Part shown: positions 1 through 9,360 of the stretch, piece by piece
Numbering within the stretch: the first letter of the stretch is position 1
How the letters are laid out: each line of letters begins with the position of its first letter
Source of the DNA: Stramenopiles sp. TOSAG23-6
Lineage: Eukaryota
Length of the DNA: 34,728 nt
Direction: 5' to 3'
Assembly (NCBI GenBank): GCA_900128565.1
Contig: LT635950.1
Span: forward strand, 1-34,728
Made by a program: the position numbers and the translations under genes
Notes under the pieces: generated by a model
Database searches by the model: none
Seen by the model: only the letters and a program-made list of their open reading frames with translations
Told to the model about the DNA's origin: nothing

Positions 1-143
1 ACGTTTACGCACCATCAATTTCGAATGTTTTTTTCTAGATAATCCAAATCCGATGTATTTTTTTGTTTGGTTTTTGTACGTATTTTTTTATTATAAAAAT
101 TTGTACCTAACAAAAAAAAATGACATATTTTTTTACAAAACAT

Positions 144-2735
144 TGGAGCATTGCAAGTAAGACCACCAATTGATGTATCCGTGTGTACTCAAGAATATTT
201 ACATGACCTTTATAAAAAAGATGTTAAAGTGATGTATGTTTTCATAATGAATTTTAAATTTATTTTTTTTGGTACGAAATTTTGTACCTAAACAAAGAAT
301 TTTTTTTTTGGAATATATTTTCATAATGAATTTCAATTTTTTTTTTCCGTACAATTTTTTTTTGTACTTTATGAATTTCAAAATGTAAAACATATTTTTT
401 CAAAATACATGCAATGGTTGTCTTTTGGTACAAACACTTTTCTGCCTGTTCAATTAATTGATTTGGAGTTACCACTTAAATCTCTAGATGAAAAAGACTG
501 TTCTACTACGACTACTACTAATAATAATAATAAGAAGAAGAATACAAATGATTCTACTACTATTACTACTAATAATAATACTATTACTACTACTACTAAT
601 AATAATACAAATGATTCTACTACTATTACTAATAATAATAATAATAATACAAATGATTCTACTACTACTACTACTAATAATAATAATAATACAAAGGATA
701 ATATTTTCTTAACTAAGCAATTGAATTGCAACTTAAGCGTATCATGGGACAGTGCGACTGCATCATTATTACGATTTCTGGGAATAGCAAATAGTGATAA
801 AGAGCATGGTATTATTGATGATATAGTAAACAAAACTGTTGATCAAAACAAATTTCATAATTATTATTCTGAAAATCGGTATGAAAATATCTGGTCTAAA
901 AAGCTTCGTACCATTTTAGTACAGATAGCTTGTGAAGGATCAGTAACACATACTACAAAAGTAAATGCAGCTGTTCAAGCATCAGAATTATTAGCAGGTT
1001 TATGCCCTCCACTGATGGAACGTCAACACAATATAGGTGAAAAGAATACAAACCCTAACCCCAATCATTTATCATCAAATATACGAAATACTCCAAATAA
1101 TATTTCCATAAATTATTCACCAAGTACAGATTTTACTACAAATTCAACAAAATCTTTATTATTAACACCTTTTCCACAAGTTCGTATTGGTTCTCCATTA
1201 ACTAATAAAACGAATCGAAGACGATCAAAATCTTTAAATTCAGAAAATGATCATATTAAAAAAGAAAAAACAGTTACAAAATTTGATGATGATGATTTTT
1301 CATTATCGGATAGTGGTAACAAAACTAACCATCACGAAACACCTGTTCAGTTTAGTTTATTCACTAATGATAATAATGATAATTCTACCATGAATGATAA
1401 AAGTCGGAAACGGTTTAGCAGTGCAATGTCGAATATCTCAAATATGTCAATGGAAAGTGATGTAGTTCAAATTGCTAGAGAGCAGTACGTTTTCATCATA
1501 ANTATTTTTTTTNAGAGTCTCTATGCTTTTTCATCATTAATTTTAAATGTATTTATTCATTTTTTTATAACATGAACTTTGGAATGTAACATATTTTTTC
1601 ACAATACATATACAGTAAAGGTATCATCAATGAAGAGGAACTTGACCAAGTTGTAGAGGCAGACCGTCGATGTAGTATTAATGACAACATAGATGGAATG
1701 AAACCAATACACTTATTACATGAATCAGACCAATTAAATGAGTCTTTAGAAGTGAATAATAAATTTCAAAAAAACAATTTAAAATATGAAAAACAAATTG
1801 TACCACCGACTCCACCGCCAACAACAACACGTCCACCACCACCAAGACTTCAAAAAAATGGTATTTCTTTTTCTGGTATCACAATTCGATGGCCTGATGT
1901 TTTAGGTGCAACACAATATGAAGTTCAAATTGGTCATCGATATATGTACGTTTTTCATCATTTAATTTCAAATTTATTATTTTTGTACTGAATCCAAAAG
2001 AATTCAAAAGTTACAAAAACTAACAAATGTTCAATTTGACATTTTTTTCCATAGTTCATTGGGGGTTGGCGTACAGCTGGTGGGGTAAGTAGTATAACAG
2101 CTGCAGCATTTGATAAAGATGATGCAATGAATAATACAGAATTCGATACGAAGGATGATGATAATATATCGAATTCTTTAGTACATTCGCATACCACTCC
2201 AACACGAAATACAGAAAACATACAAAACACACAAAAAACTCTAAAAAACTCTAAAAAAAAAAGTTCGATTACAAGAGCAACCAGTATAACAATAAATACA
2301 TTTTTAATACGTGGTCACTTATTAGAACGAGGGCGTAAGTACATTTGTCGCGTACGAGCTTTTTCAGTATTAGGTGGTTGGAGTGATTATAGCCGAGCAA
2401 GTGACGTCATTGCTTATGAAGGTTTTCCAATACCTGCACCACCAGCTAAAACAATTATTATTCCAGTTTCTCCAAAGGATGACACTGAAAAAATTCAGAT
2501 TTCATTAGGTACGAAACTTCGTACATATCAGCCCAAGTCTAAAGATCAAACAGAAAATAAGAAAAATAATAAAGTAACAACTTCATCTGAAGAACAGGAT
2601 AGCAAAACCCTAACCATAAGACAAACAAATAATAACAGCCCGAATAAAGATGATTCAAATAGTATCAATATTTCAGGTGACGTAAGTGATAGCGGATATA
2701 GCGAATTTGATGAAGATGCAATTCTTGATTTTTAA
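144..2735 (+). CDS. PDZ/FN3 protein, 3' part (copy 1). Exons 144-233, 411-1484, 1610-1945, 2060-2735
   Basis: ORFs 409..1575, 1698..1991 and 2127..2735 are joined in frame by GT-AT introns. FN3 motif spans the last two exons. Thr/Asn low-complexity tract present. Confidence 0.72.
234..410 (+). other. Putative GT-AT intron (177 nt, phase 2)
   Basis: gtg at|GTATGTTTTCATAATG...CATATTTTTTCAAAATACAT|g caa. The next downstream AG (468) is out of phase. Confidence 0.78.
503..692 (+). repeat. Coding (ACT)n/(AAT)n trinucleotide minisatellite encoding Thr/Asn runs
   Basis: Repeated aatacaaatgattctactactattactaataat units encoding NTNDSTTITNNN. Confidence 0.9.
1485..1609 (+). other. Putative GT-AT intron (125 nt, phase 2)
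   Basis: gag ca|GTACGTTTTCATCAT...CATATTTTTTCACAATACAT|a tac carries the 20-nt 3' motif. An in-frame CAG lies 6 nt further (1615), so canonical use is possible here. Confidence 0.65.
1946..2059 (+). other. Putative GT-AT intron (114 nt, phase 2)
   Basis: tat at|GTACGTTTTTCATCAT...ACTAAC...CATTTTTTTCCATAGTTCAT|t ggg. The TAG ending at 2054 would frameshift. The AT ending at 2059 gives FN3-like YEVQIGHRYIGGW. Confidence 0.8.
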
Positions 2736-2925
2736 TACGCTTCTTAATAAAACAATATTATCAATATCATATGTATTTTATTAGTTTTATTATGGCTGCC
2801 CAATCAAAGGTATATATTACCTATGACCCACTCAATATATAACGTATATAACTCAAAATATAATAGTGAAAACTTTCTGTATAGAAATAAGTTTCTATGG
2901 AACCCTGTGTAAAATTGATAGTCAT

Positions 2926-3126
2926 TCAATAAGTGCTAAAGTTACGAAAGCGAAAGCTTGGCATTAAACTCTTTGGTTGTTGAGGCTCACTTTCATGAGC
3001 TTCTAATTTCTTTGTTTTAATTAATGTTTTCGTTTTGGAAGGTGTTTCCATCGAAACAATACCAAAATAAAGACCAATTCCTATTAAAACAACAATACTA
3101 AATACTAGTGTTTTAAGACCAAACAT
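2926..3126 (-). CDS. Small putative single-pass membrane or secreted protein (66 aa from ATG)
   Basis: ATG in an A-rich context followed by hydrophobic LVFSIVVLIGIGLYFGIV and a polar tail. No recognised family. Copies at 13498-13698 +, 20679-20879 -, 31603-31803 +. Confidence 0.35.
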   Translation of the reverse strand: MFGLKTLVFSIVVLIGIGLYFGIVSMETPSKTKTLIKTKKLEAHESEPQQPKSLMPSFRFRNFSTY

Positions 3127-3457
3127 TTTTTTGACACTATTCGTCAAGAAATTATTAGATGAATCTCTCTATTAGTAAAATTATTGTAGTATAGTAGTGT
3201 ATCAATATGTAATACAGTGTATAGTCGTATATATAGTAGTACTGAATAGTAGTATATAGGATGAGGTAGTCTTTAATTTAACGCCGAGAGAAAAAAGAAA
3301 ATCACCGGATCTGAAAAAATACTTTTTTAAATACGGACTAGGGTTAGGGCTGGCATTTCCACGAAAAAAGTTTCAAAAAACATCACGAGTGGGTACCCCG
3401 AAGTATACTGCAAATTGTGTACTAGCACTAAGTTTTCTAAAGTATTCGTTTACACAA

Positions 3458-4620
3458 ATGGCATTACAATCAAATAAAATCTCAAAAGAGAATGATTCAT
3501 TACAATCAAATAAAATCTCAAAAGAGAATGATTCAAGTTTCCCACGTCCTCCTCTGCCACATGTAAAGTTACAAACTTCGTCTGCTACAGTCATAGTTTG
3601 CTTACATGGGGGTCATATTACCTCTTGGACGCTAAATGGCAGTGAAATTCTCTTTCTTAGTGAAAAAGCGGTGTTCAAACCTCCAAAAGCAATTCGTGGT
3701 GGAATACCTATATGCTTCCCTCAATTTAGTGATTGTGGACCAATGAAGAAAAGTCATGGGTTTGCACGGACGTTGACATGGACTCATGATAGTGACATCA
3801 TACAACATAGAAATGATAAAGACGAAATAACTTCATGTTCAACTTCGTTGTCTCTTTCCACATTTGTAAAAAGTTGGCCTTACAAGTATAACTTAAAAAT
3901 GCATATTTCAATTACTGAAAACACTTTACAACAAGATTTAATTGTAACAAACAATGGAAAACAAAAATTTGAGTTTACTGCTGTAATTTTACCTTCAATG
4001 ATTTTTTAATTTTTAATTTAAGATTTTCCAAATCTAATATTTCATATATTTTATTGGATACATCATTATCATACAGGCTCTTCATACATATTTTCGTCTA
4101 AACACCAATGCTACAAAGGTTAATGGATTACTTGGATGTACATATTTGGATTCCTTGGATAATCGAACACGAAAAACAGAAAGTGAAAAAGAAATTACAA
4201 TTGAAAATGAGATGGATCGGATTTATCTAAATGCACCTTCAAATATTATTTTACAAGACGATACAACTTGTATCAATGTGTTTTCGGATCATTCATCGAA
4301 TACAAATAATACACAAGGATTTCGTGATGGTGTATTGTGGAATCCTTGGATTGAAAAATCAAAACGCATGTTGGTTTTTCTTACATTTAAAATTATGGTT
4401 AGGGTTAGGGGTTACCCCTCATTTTTTTTTCTACGAAATTTTTACCTAACAAATTTTAAACTTTAAACATATTTTTGTACAAAACATGACTGATTTAAAT
4501 GATGATGAATATCATAATATGATATGTTACGAAGTCGCTCAAATAAATAATAAAATTGTGCTTGACGTTGGCGAAGAGTGGAAAGGATCACAAAAAATTG
4601 TTGTTTCGAAAGTGAAATAA
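3458..4620 (+). CDS. Glucose-6-phosphate 1-epimerase (D-hexose-6-phosphate mutarotase, aldose 1-epimerase family), 316 aa. Exons 3458-3982, 4077-4369, 4488-4620
   Basis: Family motifs LHGGHITSW, LFLSEKAVFKPPKAIRGGIPICFPQF, HGFAR, FTA|ALHTYF, EMDRIY, WNPWIEKSKRM|TDLNDDEYHNMICYE and GEEWKG. Confidence 0.93.
3464..3535 (+). repeat. Perfect 36-bp tandem duplication (LQSNKISKENDS x2)
   Basis: ttacaatcaaataaaatctcaaaagagaatgattca occurs twice in tandem. Confidence 0.95.
3983..4076 (+). other. Canonical GT-AG intron (94 nt, phase 0) in epimerase
   Basis: gct|GTAATT...CTAAT...TACAG|gct restores the conserved FTAALHTYF. Confidence 0.9.
4370..4487 (+). other. Non-canonical GT-AT intron (118 nt, phase 2) in epimerase
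   Basis: cgc at|GTTGGTTTTT...CCTAAC...CATATTTTTGTACAAAACAT|g act gat restores KRMTDLNDDEY. No usable AG acceptor. Confidence 0.87.
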
Positions 4621-4703
4621 ATTTATAATTTTTAAAGTCATAATATTGTGTTTTTTGAAAATATTTCATCCATTGGGAGGGTTACGTAGGGTTTTATAAT
4701 TTT

Positions 4704-7263
4704 TTAATCATTATATTGTGTTTTTTGAAAATATTTCATCCATTGAGTTGAACAGCCTCGAGCATTATTGATAATTTTTGTCTTTTGTTTCGTTCTTTGA
4801 CGTTTATGTTTTGCATTTGCTAGTTTGATCTTTGCTAAATTATCATCAAATTTGCTTTTTTTATTTCGTGTTTTTTTACTTTGTCGTGGTACTGCCGGAT
4901 GTCGACTTTTTAAATTATGTGGTACTAAAATTACCTTTTTGTTTTTTTTCTCTTTTCCATTTTGATTTGATGTACTATTTAATGTACTATTTAATTCTCT
5001 ACGAATTGAAGTCTTGGTGTCGTATTTCGTTTTTTCTTCATCGCTCTCATCGTCTGTGACTAATACTTCTTTCAAACCTCGATCAAATAATTCCGATTTC
5101 CTTTCAAATTCTTTTTGTCGTGCAACTCGACGAGGATGCGGTGCTAACTTAGATCCAAGTTGATTTGCTAATAAATAAACATCACCACGCTCCCCACTGC
5201 CAAATGTACAACTTGGTGCTCTTTTAAATCGGGAGTCAAAATGTGAAACAACTTTATCAGGAAAATTTGCAGTTGTTGTTTCAGAATATGATGTAGACAC
5301 ACATATTTTGTGAAAAAATATGCCAAAAAAAAACAAAAATTCGTTAGGTATATAAAATTTGATACAAAAAAAATAATTTCGAAATTCATAATAAAAACAT
5401 ACCCATAGAATTATGAATTACTCGATATAAATCGTCTCTATCTGCAGCACCAAAATCATGATCACATGAAGATTTTCGACGTTTTGCTGCTGCATTATCA
5501 AAAGTTGATGTTACAATTGTAGAGTCGTGCTGATCACTTTTATCTATAAACTGAACAGTATTTAAAACATTTGACAATTTCTCACAATCTTCTCGACTTG
5601 ATTTTCCAAAATCAACACGAGAGGGTGTTCGAAAGCGTGAGTTATGTGTAGTGTAAAATACTTTATGGTAATCAATACTATCATTCACTTGAGACATATC
5701 CTGTGGTAATAAAGCACCTAAATCATTGTGTCGTTTATAAATATCAGATCGTTTTGATTTTCCAAAATCAACAGACGGTGGATTAGGTACACGTGAATTA
5801 TGTTTGGTATAGAATACCTTATTATAATCAACAGAATCACCAAACTCTGACATATCACGAGGTCGAAGTCCACCAAGCAGATTTGCTTGTTTTAACATAT
5901 CATCTCTTGTTGAAGCACCAAAATCAACAGACGGTGGATTAGGTACACGTGAATTATGTTTGGTATAGAATACCTTATTATAATCAACAGAATCACCAAA
6001 CTCTGACATATCACGAGGTCGAAGTCCACCAAGTAGATTTGCATGTTTTAACATCTCTTCTCGGCTTGAAGCACCAAAATCAACACGTGAGGGTGTTCGA
6101 AAACGTGAGTTATGTTCCGTTGTAAACGCTTTATTATAATCTATGGAGTCATTGAACTCTGACATATCTCTAGGTAGTAATGCTCCTAAATCATTATTAC
6201 GAAATTTTATGTCGTCTCGTTGTGAAACACCAAAATCAACACGAGAGGGTGTTCGAAAGCGTGAGTTATGTGTAGTGTAAAATACTTTATGGTAATCAAC
6301 ACTATCATTCACTTGAGACTTATCCTGTGGTAATAAAGCACCTAAATCATTGTGTCGTTTATAAATATCAGATCTTTTTGATTTTCCAAAATCAACAGAT
6401 GGTGGATTAGGTACACGTGAATTATGTTTTGTGTAGAATACCTTATTATAGTCAACTGAATCAATTTCGTCGGATTTATCAATCACACGAGCACCAGGCA
6501 TGCCTGTGGCTAATTTCGCTGCAGAAATTCTTGAAGATGCTCCAAAATCAACACGTGATGGTGTTCGAAAACGTGAGTTATGTTCCGTTGTAAACGCTTT
6601 ATTATAATCTATGGAATCCCCGAATTCTGACATATCTCTAGGTAATGTTTGTTCTAATTCATTGTGTCGTTTATAAATATCAGATCGTTTTGATTTTCCA
6701 AAATCAACAGACGGTGGATTAGGTACACGTGAATTATGTTTGGTATAGAATACCTTATTATAATCAACAGAATCACCAAACTCTGACATATCACGAGGTC
6801 GAAGTCCACCAAGCAGATTTGCTTGTTTTAACATATCATCTCTTGTTGAAGCACCAAAATCAACAGACGGTGGATTAGGTACACGTGAATTATGTTTGGT
6901 ATAGAATACCTTATTATAATCAACAGAATCACCAAACTCTGACATATCACGAGGTCGAAGTCCACCAAGCAGATTTGCATGTTTTAACATATCATCTCGA
7001 CTAGAGGCACCAAAATCCACAGAAGGGGCATTCGGTGTTCGAGATTCTGAATATGTCACTCGTTTTTTGGTGTTTTTGGAAGAAGAGGCTTGTTCTGAAA
7101 AAAAATGTTTTAACTTTTCATCTGCCAACTGTCCTTTTCGTGTTCTTTCATCCAGAGATTTTTTGTAATTGGTTTGTGCAGACTTTGTACGCCTTGCTAT
7201 TGACTCTCTTTCATGCCTTGGGAATGTTTTGTTTGTATCTGGTGACGAATTTGGGCGATTCAT
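4704..7263 (-). CDS. 52-aa tandem-repeat protein (819 aa). Exons 7263-5403, 5302-4704. Function unknown, possibly cytoskeletal or ciliary
   Basis: 625-aa ORF with DFG motifs every 156 bp, joined to the 210-aa ORF by a GT-AT intron. An 11th degenerate repeat spans the junction. Confidence 0.82.
5303..5402 (-). other. Putative GT-AT intron (100 nt, phase 1) in repeat-protein gene (11222-11321 + in copy 2)
   Basis: atg g|GTATGTTTTTATTATG...CCTAAC...CATATTTTTTCACAAAATAT|gt gtg gives a 50-aa DFG-to-TFG unit, against 33 aa with the first in-frame AAG. Confidence 0.78.
5449..7017 (-). repeat. Coding tandem array, 10 x 156 bp
   Basis: In copy 2 the GAT of DFG falls at 9607, 9763, 9919, 10075, 10231, 10387, 10543, 10699, 10855, 11011 and 11167, an exact 156-nt period. 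Confidence 0.95.
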
Positions 7264-7549
7264 TTCGTACTTTTTCCGTGAACACAGAGGGAAATAATAG
7301 CACTTGGTGCCAGCAGAAGTAATTTTTTTTTTGAAACGTTATCCTTATTTTTTAACGTACGATACAATTTTTAGATTTCGATTGATTTCGTGTTTTCAAA
7401 CATCATTTTTGTGACTGAGTCTTTCTTTGACGTGTCCGGTGGTGGCCAAACACAAAACAATGTCTACTTTTTAGTCCACAATATCATGATCATACTACGT
7501 TGTACATTGTTCAAAGGTAATTAACATAATTGTATTTAACACAACAATT

Positions 7550-8284
7550 ATGTTGGATATCCGTTTGTATAGTAAAAAAAAGAAAAAAAAGAAACGTGGA
7601 GCAAGAGGAAAGAAGAAAAAAACAGGTCCAAAGTCAAAAAGTCAACAAAACTCTCAAATTGTATCCCAGCAACATCCTGCAAACAAAACAGCATTAATTT
7701 CAGATCACATTTTACCATTACATAATTTATATGATGATAAACATGTGTGTTCTAAACCCAATTCAAATATATATTTGGTTGATAAAAACAAAATCGTGTC
7801 CAAAGCAGTAAAAAAAGAGAGTTTTTCAAAGAATCAAACCTCTGTAAAAAAAGAGAGTTTTTCAAAGAATCAAACCTCAGTAAAAAAAGAGAGTTTTTCA
7901 AAGAATCAAACCTCCTTGACTGAAAAAAAAACATATATTGTCTAGAGAGGAACCTTCTTATTCTACTTCATCATATTCTCTCGACTGGAAAACAACACAT
8001 AGTATATCTCAAAAACATCACTATAACTGGGCATCCAAACACAAGATATTACATACTATTGACACTATTGACAACAAAACTGTAGATTTGTTGAACGAGA
8101 ATAAATGGCATTACGAAAGTAATGCACCTAAAAATACAATTGTAATTGAAAAGCCTAACCCTATCGATGTTGATGTATTTGATACTGATTTAGAAGTAAT
8201 TGGTGATACACTACGTACATTAACACAACAAGATTCATATTGTTTGCCTTCTTTGTTATTACAAGATTGTTCGTTAGGTACAAA
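7550..8284 (+). CDS. Lys-rich hypothetical protein, frameshifted near 7931-7945 and 3'-truncated by the unit end (may be a pseudogene or sequencing error)
   Basis: ORFs 7550..7945 and 7938..8339 overlap in adjacent frames next to an A9 run. Basic NLS-like N-terminus and 3x VKKESFSKNQTS. Copies at 8340-9074 -, 25303-26092 +, 26390-27179 -. Confidence 0.45.
7808..7915 (+). repeat. 3 x 36-bp coding tandem repeat (VKKESFSKNQTS)
   Basis: gtaaaaaaagagagtttttcaaagaatcaaacctcN three times. Confidence 0.95.
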
Positions 8285-8298
8285 ATTTGGTACAGATT

Positions 8299-8299
<1 letters not shown>

Positions 8300-8334
<35 letters not shown>
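8300..8334 (+). repeat. Poly(A) tract at unit end
   Basis: About 35 consecutive A, adjacent to both inversion junctions. Confidence 0.95.
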
Positions 8335-8337
<3 letters not shown>

Positions 8338-9360
8338 AATTTGTACCTAACGAACAATCTTGTAATAACAAAGAAGGCAAACAATATGAATCTTGTTGTG
8401 TTAATGTACGTAGTGTATCACCAATTACTTCTAAATCAGTATCAAATACATCAACATCGATAGGGTTAGGCTTTTCAATTACAATTGTATTTTTAGGTGC
8501 ATTACTTTCGTAATGCCATTTATTCTCGTTCAACAAATCTACAGTTTTGTTGTCAATAGTGTCAATAGTATGTAATATCTTGTGTTTGGATGCCCAGTTA
8601 TAGTGATGTTTTTGAGATATACTATGTGTTGTTTTCCAGTCGAGAGAATATGATGAAGTAGAATAAGAAGGTTCCTCTCTAGACAATATATGTTTTTTTT
8701 TCAGTCAAGGAGGTTTGATTCTTTGAAAAACTCTCTTTTTTTACTGAGGTTTGATTCTTTGAAAAACTCTCTTTTTTTACAGAGGTTTGATTCTTTGAAA
8801 AACTCTCTTTTTTTACTGCTTTGGACACGATTTTGTTTTTATCAACCAAATATATATTTGAATTGGGTTTAGAACACACATGTTTATCATCATATAAATT
8901 ATGTAATGGTAAAATGTGATCTGAAATTAATGCTGTTTTGTTTGCAGGATGTTGCTGGGATACAATTTGAGAGTTTTGTTGACTTTTTGACTTTGGACCT
9001 GTTTTTTTCTTCTTTCCTCTTGCTCCACGTTTCTTTTTTTTCTTTTTTTTACTATACAAACGGATATCCAACATAATTGTTGTGTTAAATACAATTATGT
9101 TAATTACCTTTGAACAATGTACAACGTAGTATGATCATGATATTGTGGACTAAAAAGTAGACATTGTTTTGTGTTTGGCCACCACCGGACACGTCAAAGA
9201 AAGACTCAGTCACAAAAATGATGTTTGAAAACACGAAATCAATCGAAATCTAAAAATTGTATCGTACGTTAAAAAATAAGGATAACGTTTCAAAAAAAAA
9301 ATTACTTCTGCTGGCACCAAGTGCTATTATTTCCCTCTGTGTTCACGGAAAAAGTACGAA

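Larger units (their letters stand above)
1..8339 (+). repeat. Copy 1 of an 8,339-bp unit (four apparently identical copies in window)
   Basis: ORF track identical at offset +17753 (copy 3) and mirrored at 16624-p (copy 2) and 34729-p (copy 4). Even the ambiguous n bases at 1502 and 1513 recur in every copy. Confidence 0.97.

Noticed and set aside
232-408. Reading the introns as U12-type AT-AC (a 2-nt slide gives AT...AC for four of them)
   Set aside because: No ATATCCTT donor or TCCTTAAC branch site. The same slide gives AT-TC at 1944, CA-AC at 1483 and GG-AT in the repeat gene, so only GT-AT fits all seven. Lariat data would be needed to exclude it fully at the slidable junctions.
450-833. 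Hydrophobic ORFs 450..833 (-) and 488..712 (+)
   Set aside because: Shadow frames of the ACT/AAT trinucleotide tract in the real exon.
3389-3457. GTG-initiated N-terminal extension of the epimerase, and other TTG/GTG starts in the ORF track
   Set aside because: Eukaryotic gene; the first ATG at 3458 in an A-rich context is the likelier start.
4370-4487. Alternative genetic code or stop read-through to explain the ORF breaks
   Set aside because: The interruption changes frame (118 nt) and would insert non-homologous T/A-rich sequence into a conserved motif. Exons are stop-free and the main genes end in TAA.
5449-7017. CRISPR-like array
   Set aside because: Units are contiguous, 156 bp, in-frame coding and have no unique spacers. 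No cas genes and a eukaryotic context.
8285-8339. Hairpin telomere of a linear replicon, or retroelement poly(A) tail
   Set aside because: No replication, resolvase or RT genes and no TSD. The same junction is represented differently at 26092-26390, so it is better explained as a contig end at a homopolymer.
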